A DNA stretch of 64,000 bases, taken from contig OZ076412.1 in the NCBI GenBank assembly GCA_964187785.1, positions 30,256,001 to 30,320,000 of the forward strand, read 5' to 3'. The notes under the pieces are model-generated. The model ran no database searches and was not told the origin of the DNA. It worked only from the letters and a program-made list of their open reading frames with translations. Every line of letters starts with the position of its first letter. The first letter of the stretch is position 1. This DNA comes from Amphiscolops sp. MND2022. Its lineage: Eukaryota. Below, piece by piece: positions 35,701 through 45,749 of the stretch. Both the position numbers and the translations under genes were made by a program.

Positions 35701-38700
35701 GTCTTGCAAAACAGAGGCTTTGCTTTGCAGTTTCTCAAGTTCATATTTTAAGGTATTGTTTGCTCCAATGAAGCTCGTACCGTTGTCCGATCGGATTATT
35801 TCCGGTCGTCCTCGGCGGCTGATGAATAGTTGTGTTGCTAAAAGTGTATCTTCTGTTGACAAAGTCTCGATAACTTCAGTGTGCACTGCACTAGTTACGA
35901 GACATGTGAAATGCAGTATGTAACGTTTTTCATGGCTTCGTCGGTTCCTTACGGGAAAAGGTCCGAGATAGTCACCTCCTGTTGTCACGAACGGGTGAGA
36001 GATGTTTTTTGGCAGGCGGTCTCCCATGAGTGGTTGTCGAATGTCCTGGCGAAGTCTCCGGCAGTGTGTGCATTTGCTAATTATTGATCGTAGAACTTTT
36101 CTTGATCGAAGAATCCTTAAAGTGCTGCTCTTGAATACTCCAGTCCACTATGACCGTTTGCGATATGAATGTGTTTTATTAGTAGATCAATTGTCCAATC
36201 TTCTGCATCCGAAATAATAGGATTTTTGCTCGTCAGTAAATACTGTGCTTTTGATAACCGTCCACGAGCGCGGAAAACGCCCGAGTTGTCGATGAATGGC
36301 TGTAGAGAGTGCAATCGGCTTTTAGTTGATAGTTCATTGCCTTTCTGTAAGGCTGTGATGTCGTCTCCAAATTGTCGTCTTTGTGAAGTTCTTATCATGT
36401 AAGAAAACGCTTTGGTCAGGTGTCGAAGTTTCAGGGTTTTGTCTACATTCAGATTTCGTATGATGTCTGCTAACAACAGTACGAAAGGGATCTAAGAAGT
36501 CGGTCCCAATTACTGAATCTCTGTGGGTCGATTGTTTCTTCAAATGTGTGCTGTTCGATAGTCGTACTTGATGCTGCAAATGTTGAGTGTTGAACGTAGG
36601 TAACATCTGATGTATATGATAGCAGTTTTTTCGGCCATTCTTCGGGTGGTAAAAGCAGAAATTTGGATCCTTTAATCCATCTGCTACTGGCAGTTATTTC
36701 GTCGGCTTGGTAACCTCGGGTTCCGTCGCCGGCTGGATTGCTCTCAGTTGGAACGTAGTTCCATTGATTAGCTGCGGTTGTTTCTAAAATGATATTGAGT
36801 CTGTTGGCAATGAAAATCTTGTCTTTTGTCTGCGGTTTTGATCCATTTTAGAACTGCTGCACCGTCTGTCCAACAGAAAGTGCTATTGATGAACAATCGG
36901 TGCTCTTTCAAGATGAAAATGGCGAGTCGAGTTACGTTGGCCGCTGCTTGTAGCCCCAAGTTGCGTACTGTCATCCGTTTCAGTTATGTTACTCTGTTTT
37001 TACCAATGATGAAGCGAATTTGAACAGATTGGTCTTTGTTGATGATGCGAAAATAAGCTACGTTGGCGATAGCTTTTTCTGATGCGTCGTTGAAGATATG
37101 AAGCTCCACTGCCGCGGGTGAACTGTCTTTGAAGTAATGTCGAGGGATCGCTAGTGTCTGATATTTCTGTTTCCTTGATCCAAGATGGAAGGTCGGGTAA
37201 GCGGCTCATACCAAGTTTGGTGTCCCAGCTCAAGTGTTGCTTCCTTGTCTCCTGGAGAGTTTGTCGCAGACGAATTGTTAATGGTCCTGTCAACCCAAGT
37301 GGGTCAAATATTGAAGACGTCCACTTGAGAAGTTCTCTTTGGGTCATGTAATCCTTATCTAAGAAGACTAGAAACTTTTCTCGGTCGATGAGGTGTCAGT
37401 TGAAGATTCCATTGAACACCAAGCACTCGTTGAGTTTTGTTGGCGAAAAAATCGTCAATAGCGTTGGGTACTAGATGTCGTTGTTCTGTTTGATGTAGGA
37501 AGTGTAAATTATTGGCGCTCCATTTGGTTAAATGAAAACCTCCCAGAACAAGTGTATTTCTCAGTTCCTCCGCAACAAATGTTGCTGCGTCCACTATGTC
37601 GAAAGTTGTGAATAAGTCGTCCATGTAGATGTCCTCTGTGATAATTCGCTGTATTTCTGGTCTGTGGGCGTGCTCAGCTGCACATCTTTGAACCGCATAA
37701 CAAGCTACACAGGGCGAATCCGTTGCTCCAAAGATGTGGCTTGTATACTGGTACGTGATCTGCTGTCCATTTTTCGTCCACAGAAAACGCAAGAAAAGTT
37801 GATCTTCGGGTTTCACCTTTACCTTCATAAACATTGCCTCTATGTCGGCAGAGACTGCAACTGTTCCTTGTCGAAATCTCATGACAGGTCCTGTCAGGTT
37901 ACAAAGGTCGGGTCCTGTTAGTAAGATGCTGTTCACTGATACTCCTTGATATGTACTACTGCGTTGGTCACTCTTCTCCGTGTTTGTTGATGTTAGTAAC
38001 CGGATGATGCTTAAGAAACCAAGCTTTGGCTGCTGTATCGAATTCAGGGTACACTTCGGTGATGTATCCTCTGGCGACATCGGAGTCAATTGCTTCTTGG
38101 TAGAGATTCTTTAGATGGGGGTCCTTATTGAGTCGTTGCTGTAGTGATCTCAGTTGTTGGTCGGCAACTATCCGATTGTTCGGTAGTTTGACGTCGTCTT
38201 TCCACAGAAGTTCGATTTCGTAATGGCCATTAACAAGTTTAGTGGTCGATTCTAGAACATTCAAGGCCATTTTGTCTTCTTGTGAGTAGCTATAAACTTC
38301 CTAAACTTCCTCGTTTACTCCCGTTGTCGATTTTTTTCCGGTTTGAAACTTGATACAAATCGCGATCAGAATCATCCGTTCGTGGGTGTTGTTGATAATT
38401 ACTGTGCTGTAGTTGGTGAGGCGGACGTTCCCCCGGCGACTGTCCATCCTAAAAGAGTGTTGATTGCCTTAGGGCTAATTGGTGGTCCATTGATTGATCA
38501 CTCCTCGACTCAATATTAGGTCGTATGCATCCATTCCAATGAGTAGAGAAACGTTTTCGTTGGCTAAAGTAGGCATTACTATATATGACTTAAGTGTGGG
38601 TTTTTCTGGCAAATTTCATTGATAATGTCAGGTTGAACGTTGTTCAGATTCAGTCGAGGAACAGTTACAACATTGTCAAGAATGTAGTGCTGCGTTGAAG

Positions 38701-41385
38701 ATCTGTAAAGTCCTATCGTGACTTGAAGAGATGCGACTAAGGGTTGATTAGTTGAATGAACCCCAGCCACTGTTATTGTTTCGTTGGGTTCCAGGTCAGG
38801 AACAAGTTGTCTTGCGACGGCATCGGTCAGTAGCGTAAGAGAACTCCCGGAATCCAAAAGAGCGTAGGTGTCCAATGTTCTCGAACCACTTGACAATGTT
38901 ATTGGTAGAATCGGCAACAAAGAAGGCGATCTCATTGCGCGGTTCAGTGTCGTGGTGGCTGTTATCGTTGCAGGTTGACGGTCGTGGTGAAGTAGTGTGT
39001 GATGATGTTTATCACATCCTGGCTGTCGGAATGTAGTAGTTGATTTGCAGTCTTTGAAGAGATGCGGGCTAAGGCAATTGAAGCTTAACTTCAATTTTTT
39101 CACGTGTTCCATCCTTTGGCTGACTGAAAGGTGACGAAAGTGCTCGCACTGTCGAAGTAGTGGGCATTGCTGGTTCTGTGGGCAGAAATACTTTTTAATT
39201 TTGACGTCAACTTGTCGTTGGCTGTTCTTCGCTTTTTGTCTGTCAGAAAATTTTGGGAGTAATTGGTGGCTGGAAGTTCGTCGTGATGTTTGGTAGATCT
39301 TCACAAGCGTTGGCATGTTCTTCGATCCACTCAGCTATGTGTGTCGTCCACGGAGCTATATATGTCTTTCAAACATAAGTTTCGCAGAGCAATATTTTCT
39401 TTTAGTTGATCCTCTTTGCCCTTTTTATTGACCATTTTGTTCGAAGCAACTTGTTTCTCTCAACAGTTTTCTTTTGGATGCTTTGTATTTCAGAGAAGAA
39501 AATGGTAGGCTTGAGTTCACGACACCTCTTATGATTTGCTTCCATAAAAGTACGTTACAAATGGCACTTTCAAGGTTGACTTTCGAACGTTTGAGTCTGT
39601 TGAAGAACTGTTAATTGAGTCCCTTGTGGATTAAGTCAAAATGTTTAAGGGAAAATTGTCCTAGTTTGAATGTAGGGGAAAATGTCCTATCTCTCAAATA
39701 AAGAAAAGGTCTAACTTTAAGTGAAGACTTCTTTTGGCGCGTCTTGAAGAACTGCACATGAGTCACATATTCAATCTGACTTCAGTTGATTAACAAAGTG
39801 AGTCAGTGAGTAGTTCACAAAAGTTAAGAGTTATTCACAACACAAGACAACTAATTTCAATGAATTTCAATTTTTAGAGGCCGCTTAGAATAAAGCGGAA
39901 TAAGCTAAAAGCGCATATCTAAAGCGAAGTTGGTTATCAGCTAATTTTTAAAGGCGAGTCAATACGCTGGTATCAACTATTTCACTAATGCTTATGCTCT
40001 TTTTTCTTTAAAAAATGAATTTGATGTAATAATAAGCAAGCAAATTTTGATTGATAGGACAAGTGTGCTCTATGCTGCGAATGAAGAAGCGAATTGACAA
40101 AGCAACTTTGATTGACTCGGGTGCTAACGTGAATGGAATGGCAAGTGAAAATATGGAATCGGTAGATGCCGCAATCAACGGTGGCGGCGGTATCCAATCA
40201 GAGAACGCAATGGCAGTTAACCAATCAAATCGCAGGTCCCAATCATATCCGACCGGGGTGTTGCGAGACATCGGCAATAATGGTGACGAAGGCAATTATG
40301 TCCCTTCTGTGGCCAATAATGTACAAAATGGGGGTGGTGGCTCTGTATCGCTAAGAGACCAAACTTCTCTCTGCAATTCTCTACTACCTTCTCACATCGT
40401 CATTCCTTCCATAGTGCAAGCAGGTTTGTGTGACCCCCTAAAACAATCCTTGTTCTTCGCCTTCAAGTGACTTCGAAATTTTCAACTGATTTGACAACTC
40501 ATTAAAGATAGGAAAATGGAACCTCGTTTTTCAAATGAGCTTCTGTATGTGTATTAGTCTCTCGAAGTCACTCTCACAAATAGAGCCCCGAACAGTTAAC
40601 CGATTAACCGGTTAATTAATTTTTAATAGAATAATGCAAAAATAGGTAATGCATTTTTAATAGGTAATGCAAAAAATAGCTCACCGTTTAGACCCGAGCC
40701 CAGTCGATGAATGGATGGTCTCTACAATGACCTAAAAATCAACCTGAAGAACGAATAAAAGCTACCAATGCTAATCCAAGCAGAGTTTTGTATAATTATT
40801 ATAATTTTGCTGGTCATAATTTTGGCCACATTTTAAGCTCTCGGACGCTACTTTTGTCTTGTAATGAATATTCGATTGAGTTTCAGTTAAGCGATTCATT
40901 GCAATTTTTTTTGTTGAAAATCACCTTTTTTGTTCAACGAATGTGATGCCTAATAACCAGTTATTTTAAACGATTAATGGATTAAGCAAAAATTTTAACC
41001 GGTCCAGGCTCTACTCACAACATAATCTGCTTGGTATAGGCCCTCCGAAACTATTCGAGGTCTTATTTTTTCTAGACGTAGTATTGAATATCTAATGGTC
41101 TGTGAAAATATGGAAGTAGTCTCGTAGGTTTTCTCATACTCAGTTCAGATGGGGTTTGAATGGCTGAAGTTACAAAATAGTTGTTCTCAGGATTGCTGTT
41201 TATAGATCATTGACTTCTGAAACTATCGTTTGCTAATTTTTTTAAGCGATAAAATATGATACTTTCGTTTTTAAAAGTATTTTTTTGCAGGTGTGACTAT
41301 GTTCTGCAGAACTGGTGCAACCACTACATTTCAAGAACTCATGCAATGCGACGAGCTGGCAATAAGTTCCAACGAGGGCACTTGA
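14548..41385 (+). CDS. Uncharacterised ~965-aa protein: long disordered N-terminus plus papain/C39-like domain; join(14548..14718,15833..16153,16761..17040,17767..17910,18194..18338,19499..19731,21884..22173,30711..30853,31445..31610,31885..32023,32890..33083,33467..33677,40058..40423,41291..41385)
   Basis: All 13 junctions are GT-AG and phase-compatible; 2898 nt = 965 codons plus TGA, no internal stop. Exons are GC-richer islands in AT-rich TE-filled DNA. The end of exon 3 is the least certain junction. Confidence 0.72.
15833..16153 (+). CDS. Exon 2 (Ser/Asn-rich)
   Basis: AG 15831-15832; open frame; CAG|GTTGGT donor, phase 0. Confidence 0.65.
16761..17040 (+). CDS. Exon 3 (Ser/His-rich)
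   Basis: ACAACAG acceptor; donor GTAAAG 17041 phase 1 (an alternative phase-1 donor exists at 16861). Confidence 0.55.
17767..17910 (+). CDS. Exon 4
   Basis: TATGCAG acceptor; strong GTGAGT donor 17911, phase 1. Confidence 0.7.
18194..18338 (+). CDS. Exon 5
   Basis: TTTTCCCCAG acceptor; CAG|GTCTGA donor, phase 2. Confidence 0.65.
18865..19406 (+). mobile_element. Complete HINE copy with tRNA-like module (intron 5)
   Basis: 5' TTTTTAGTCGGCGC; B-box GGTTCGAGTCCC ~19061; 3' GGCGCCGACTTGGGCCGTTCCCGGCTTGTT. Confidence 0.75.
19499..19731 (+). CDS. Exon 6 (Ser/Thr/Ala-rich)
   Basis: GCTGCAG acceptor phase 2; donor GTGCGT 19732 phase 1. Confidence 0.65.
20522..21370 (-). mobile_element. HINE-family copy with internal ~60-bp GGGGGACCCTTTGG tandem modules; right end approximate
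   Basis: Reverse 3' end AACAAGCCGGGACCGGCCCAAGTCG at 20522; six or more GAAAGGGGGACCCTTTG units at 20700-21080. Confidence 0.6.
21884..22173 (+). CDS. Exon 7
   Basis: CAATTTTAG acceptor phase 1; GAG|GTAAAA donor phase 0. Confidence 0.7.
22434..23075 (+). mobile_element. HINE copy interrupted by a pogo-like MITE
   Basis: 5' TTTTTGTCGGCGCG...GCTCGACTATTACAGTG; 3' end split at the TA of CTTAGATATAGCGCCGA. Confidence 0.75.
22867..23044. mobile_element. Tc1/mariner-superfamily (pogo/Tigger-like) MITE, 178 bp
   Basis: TA duplicated at 22865-22866 and 23045-23046; ~24-bp TIR CAGTAAACCCTCGATTTTCCGCCA / TGGCGGATAATCGAGGGTTTACAG; internal ATCCGCCA repeats. Confidence 0.9.
23146..23294 (+). repeat. 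5' LTR core of BEL/Pao element 1
   Basis: About 6 substitutions versus 29551-29692 over ~140 bp (manual count); ends TATCA before the PBS. Confidence 0.85.
29551..29695 (+). repeat. 3' LTR core of BEL/Pao element 1
   Basis: Direct repeat of 23146-23290; contains AATAAA. Confidence 0.85.
30018..30655 (+). mobile_element. Complete HINE copy with tRNA-like module
   Basis: 5' TTTTAGTCGGCGC...AAGCCCGACTATTACAGTG; GGGAGTTCGAGTCCC ~30155-30170; 3' GATAGCGCCGACTTTAGACGTTCCCGTCTT. Confidence 0.75.
30711..30853 (+). CDS. Exon 8 (His/Pro/Ser-rich)
   Basis: TTTTCTGTAG acceptor phase 0; TAG|GTACAC donor phase 2. Confidence 0.75.
31445..31610 (+). CDS. Exon 9 (start of conserved domain, QLGASACGPTAVVNVL)
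   Basis: AG 31443-31444 phase 2; CTG|GTGAGT donor phase 0. Confidence 0.8.
31885..32023 (+). CDS. Exon 10 (RIMGY...PMPEYLMSRSVAGSTHEDLIR)
   Basis: TTTTGAAG acceptor; G|GTTAGT donor phase 1. This reading frame is not in the supplied ORF list. Confidence 0.8.
32890..33083 (+). CDS. Exon 11 (GRFFCFHP...WLIYWMKKGCVPVLTLN...DSWHHQ)
   Basis: TTTAAG acceptor phase 1; CAG|GTACAC donor phase 0. Confidence 0.82.
33467..33677 (+). CDS. Exon 12 (AIIGVHNSTVFLTN...DPRWTDFNVL)
   Basis: GAGCAG acceptor phase 0; G|GTTGGT donor phase 1. Confidence 0.82.
33998..34480. repeat. ~50-bp imperfect inverted repeat pair (MITE-like), ~480 bp span
   Basis: AGTTTTAACACCGCTGATGATCTATTTAGCTGCCGCGCCATAAATTTT (33998-34045) versus the reverse complement of 34433-34480; no TSD identified. 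Confidence 0.65.
34842..39839 (-). mobile_element. BEL/Pao LTR retrotransposon relic in intron 12, antisense to the host gene, 5-bp TSD ACACA
   Basis: TG...CA LTRs 34842-35044 and 39642-39839; ACACA at 34837-34841 and 39840-39844; minus-strand gag knuckle (NCLSPH..C...C...HHTLLH), protease LDSGSS, RT YMDD, RNase H, integrase (SDNGTSF...PPTAPHFGAAWERL), C-terminal WPMGRV. Gag 5' part deleted; frameshifted. Confidence 0.93.
40058..40423 (+). CDS. Exon 13 (GQVCSMLR...HIVIPSIVQA)
   Basis: TTGATAG acceptor phase 1 completes NVLGQV; CAG|GTTTGT donor phase 1. Confidence 0.78.
40581..41013. mobile_element. hAT-like MITE (433 bp) in intron 13
   Basis: Imperfect TIR TAGAGCCCCGAACAGTTAA / TTAACCGGTCCAGGCTCTA; 8-bp flanks CTCACAAA and CTCACAAC (7/8 match). 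Confidence 0.75.
41291..41385 (+). CDS. Terminal exon 14 (GVTMFCRTG...ELMQCDEL...T*)
   Basis: TTTTTTGCAG acceptor phase 1; TGA 41383-41385. This reading frame is not in the supplied ORF list. Confidence 0.75.
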
Positions 41386-41731
41386 CCTTCTCACAACTTG
41401 TGAAAGTTAATCTGCTACCATCTTTGCAACCCACTATCAATTGTCTCAGATTATTCTCATAATTCCTAAACAATGCATTCAAATCCGAGAGCTGTTTCTC
41501 AATACACATGATTGACTTTCAATTCTGAAAACGTTGCTGCTGACCTTATGTTTTGCACTTAGGTTCCTATATTTTCTTAATTACTACACTCAATATGTTA
41601 GTTTAAAAGTTTTATTTCAAAATATACTTACTTAAGGGTTTGTTTCTTCCCAAGTGAATGTGAGAAGTTCGGTTTTTTACTTGTAAGAGAAAAATTGAAA
41701 CAGCACTAAAGAAAACCATGAAAATTGGATT

Positions 41732-41838
41732 TAGACCCTGGAACAGTGAACCGATTAACCGGTTAATTAATTTTCAAGAGTAAAAAATTACCCAGGGTAA
41801 TGCAAAAAGTAGTTGACCGTTTAGACCCGAGCACAGTC
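41732..41838 (+). mobile_element. Truncated second copy of the hAT-like MITE (left end only)
   Basis: TAGACCCTGGAACAGTGAACCGATTAACCGGTTAATTAA...ACCGTTTAGACCCGAGC matches 40581-40705. Confidence 0.7.
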
Positions 41839-41879
41839 AATGTATTTGTTCCTTTTGCCTCTTTTTGGTCAACCCTCGT

Positions 41880-43597
41880 AGAAGTAAGGTTTCATCTACA
41901 TCTGCATGAGTCAGATTAAACCCAATGTATGCAGTATTCGATAGAAATCAGCTCCAAACAAAGTTAACTATACAAACTGTTGCAATGCTCCCAATAGCAT
42001 CTATTTCACTAACAAAACCGGAACGTCCAGAGTCTGCACATATTTAAGGCTTCCAACCTGGCACAATGAACCTGGACGTACACACAAATATCATTCAAAG
42101 AGCCATGGACAATCAGCAGGAAGAGAAACGAACCATCATCACAGCAGTTGACCTTAAAGCAGCCTTCGAGAGAGTATGGAGAGGTTTTTTGAGAGATATA
42201 GCGGAGTACGGGCTTCACCCCAAAGCGCTCAAATGGTTGAGGTCCTTTCTAACAGACAGAAGGGCAAAGTAAGATGGGACAATACTGAAGGACGGTACAA
42301 GAACCTGAAAGAAGGAGTTCCACAAGGCAGCCCTGTCAGTCCCCTTCTCTTCTGTCTGGCGACCGCAAAGTTGCCAAAAGTATTCAAGGAAGCAGCCCCA
42401 AATTGTCGAGTTGATCAATTCGCTGATGACCTCACAATTTGTACAACAGAAAGAACAGTGGAGGATACTAGTAGCCAGTTGGAACCAGCGTTGAATGCAG
42501 TGGAAAAGTGGGCGGAAGAAAACGAAATGAAAATTGCTGGTGAAAAAACAGCGATAATTGTGGTCAGCGTAGATCCAGGTGAATGTAATGGGAAAGCGGA
42601 TACAAGCTTCAAGTTAGCCGCGGAGGTGGTCACACCGTCAAAAGAGGTCGAGATCTTGGGCGTTACCATCGGCGACCAACTGACATTCGCTAGTCATGCA
42701 CAAAACATGAGGAAAAAGTTGAACAGAAGGATGTCAGTTCTCACAGCCCTCTCTGGCTAACACAGGAGTCCTACCTACAACGACCTCAGGAGATTGTACA
42801 ACACCTATGCCAAACCAGGTGGGTTGTACGCAGCAGAGGCGTGGGCACCCTTTCTCTCAGATTCTAACTTGGAAAAAGCTGGAAACATGCAACAACAGAG
42901 CAAGTAGAATAATAACAGGTACTCTATCTAGTACTCCAAGCGCCGCCTCGAGGCTAGACGCCAGAACTCTTCGCTCAAGTTACTAGTCGAAGATAATGCG
43001 GCCTTGCTGTGGGAAAGATACCGGAGGTTCCCAAAATCGCACCATCTGAATAAACTGTGCAAAGCAACAGCAAAGCCTCGGCTTAGATCAAGAGGAGAAA
43101 ATACATTCCGACCCGACTGGAGAAGGACGGCCGTCCAAAGAATTAAAAGCCTGAAAAAGAACTTAGACCCGAACGGATAGATTCGGATGGGCCGCGACGA
43201 GAAAGTCAGGGAGGAGTATTTTCGTCAAATTCCAGAAGATATCATGCACAGAAGAGCCACGAATGGCCGACTGTTGAAGCGATCAGTGAACAGGAGCAGG
43301 AAAGAAGAAACGTTGCTATGCAGGCTGAGGCCAAATTGCGAAATCAGTCTGATGGAGACTAGACACAGGTTTGGTACTTCATCAAGCCCCACCTGTCCTG
43401 TAGTCACTGTGGACTAGAACCAGAGACAGCAAAACACTACTTCACGAGCTGTAGACATTGGGCAGAAGCACGCACAAATAATCTCGGCGAAAGGGTGTCC
43501 GTTGACGTCCTACAACGAACAGACAAGATCCTGGACGTCACCATCCACACTGGACTCATGTCCCCCAATCAGTGACGGGCTCACACACCCACACACC
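41880..43597 (+). mobile_element. 5'-truncated non-LTR retrotransposon, I group (Ingi/Nimb-like RT with C-terminal Cys/His motif), decayed; ends approximate
   Basis: AVDLKAAFERVW, GVPQGSPVSPLLF, QFADDL, LYAAEAWAP, CRLR...HRFG...SPTCP; frameshift ~42270, stop 42758; CA-rich tail ~43580-43597. Confidence 0.8.
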
Positions 43598-44007
43598 TAT
43601 TTAAGTCTCAAATTGCGCTGTCTCGAAGATACTAGAAGATTGTAATTATGATATCCTGAAACAGCCCAAGTCGGCGCCCCGTTCAAACAGCCTAAAGTGT
43701 TATAACTATGCAAAGGAACACTTTTGTGAGAATTATCAAATTTACAGTGCCGGAGATACCCATAAGACTCGTGAAATGCTGTCACCTTAACGCATTACCG
43801 TATTTTTTTGACAACTCAAACTTTTTAAAAAAGTCACAGTGCCGAAAAACAAAAAGGGGACCTTTCCGCTTGAAAGACGCTTTTTTGAGCCGAAAATTTT
43901 TCCAGATTTGAGGGAGTACCCTTGGACCAAATGACACTTTTCAGAAAAGTCGCACAGTGCCGAAGTCCCCACAATTATTGAGAAAACTCAATAATCCCAC
44001 ATGAGTA

Positions 44008-44305
44008 AACAAGCCGGGAACGGCCCAAGTCGACGCCGTATCTAAGGCTCAAAAACAGCAAAAGGACTTCCAAGTATTCTCTTCTACGGTACCGGAAAAA
44101 AACCCAAAAATCAAACCGAATTGGCACACCAGAATCGACACTTTGAAATTTTTCATCCATTCTGTCGCAAATCATCAAAAAAAATTGAAGGAGGGCACTT
44201 TTGGTGAATTTTTTTTAAAAGTCTCACAATGCCGAAAAAAATGAAAGGGGGACCCTTTGGGATTTTTCAACATCCGTTCTGTCGGAAAACGCGCCGACTA
44301 AAAAC
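44008..44305 (-). mobile_element. Short, internally deleted HINE copy
   Basis: Reverse 3' end AACAAGCCGGGAACGGCCCAAGTCGACGCC; reverse 5' end GCGCCGACTAAAAA at ~44291-44304. Confidence 0.7.
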
Positions 44306-45749
44306 AGAGTTCACCCTCACGACGAAATCGGTTTTAATTGAGACTCGAATGCGGGTACTTCTGCATCTCCGACCTCGCCACTAGGCCTGGTAATCTGCTT
44401 TAACCGCAAGCTTATTTAGCAAGCTCATTAAATTTATAAACCTGAAATTTATTTGTAAAAAACGTTACAGTGTGACGTTAGAAAAAAATAACCCTTTTAA
44501 GAGTCATGCACATTTTTCTAAAAATGTCACTGCCCCCAAAAAAACCTTTAAACGGCTTTTTCCTTATTCAAATGTCAACCGAGGCGCTGTGGCAGTGTGA
44601 TTAATTTCGTATACTTTGCCAAACACCTTTGGAGGAAATCGGACACCTTCCAGTCTCAATTGACGAAAAGTATCGTAATATTTTAAAATCGAAGTCTCTT
44701 TTGATCTAATAACTGGTTAATGCTCTTAAGTGTATAGTTCCAAAATTTGAAAAAGGTGTTTTCCTTGCCATTTTATCCAATATATGCATGAAATATCGGG
44801 TATAGGGAATTGTTGTTATATTTGTTATTACAAAACTGTAACATAACTGTTTAAGCTGAACAAAAATTGGCTGCTCTTTAGGTTGTGCCAACAAATAATT
44901 TACTTTTCTCCAGCTTGAAGCATAAAAACGCCATAATAATTTTTTCGAAACTGAGCAAAAGCCGCATAGTGCCAAGAAACAGAAGAAGGTGACCCTTTAA
45001 GCTTGAAAAATGCAATACTTGAACTGAAAGCATCCACAAACAAAAAAAAAGAAACCTCAAGTGAGTCAGAAAAGTTATCAAAAAGCTCGCAATTTGCCGA
45101 AAGAAGGCGAGTGGGAGGGTTTACCTTTTAGTCGCCTTTTTTATTTCAGCTTGAAAAGTAAGAGTTAGTGGGAGGCTTTTGCCATTCCTGGATGCAGTTT
45201 GGATCTTGCACAGGGTCTCTCAACTCAATTCTTCAGAAAAACCCAAAGTAGTCAACTAAAAAAATTCCTAACGAAATTCTATTAAAGTCTCACAGCGCCA
45301 AAAATATCCAATGGATGTGGCTTTCCTGATTCGAAACGCGTTTCTCTGAAAAAAAAACAAAAAAATCAGCGAAGAGTCTCTAGTGGACAGAAAAACATCG
45401 TGAAATGTATCACAGAGCCGAACAAGCCTGAAGTCTTTGCCATATGCTTAAACACCATCATTGAAAGAACTCATCAGTCCCACGGTATCAAAAAATATTC
45501 AATGACTTCACTCTCAAGACTAGAAAGACGTTTCAATGAACAAAGCTTGGAAAACCAAAACTTGGGGAACATTTTTTCCGAATAGAAAACAAACTTTCGA
45601 AAAAATCTTCGGTAAATCGCACAATGCCTGAATGCCCTAAGGCTGCCCTCTATGCTTGCAAAACGCTGATTCTTTTTTTTTAAATTAAAGCGAAGGCCCT
45701 TCCGTACACCGATTTCAAATAGTCGGACAGTCATGCGTCAGTCGTGATG

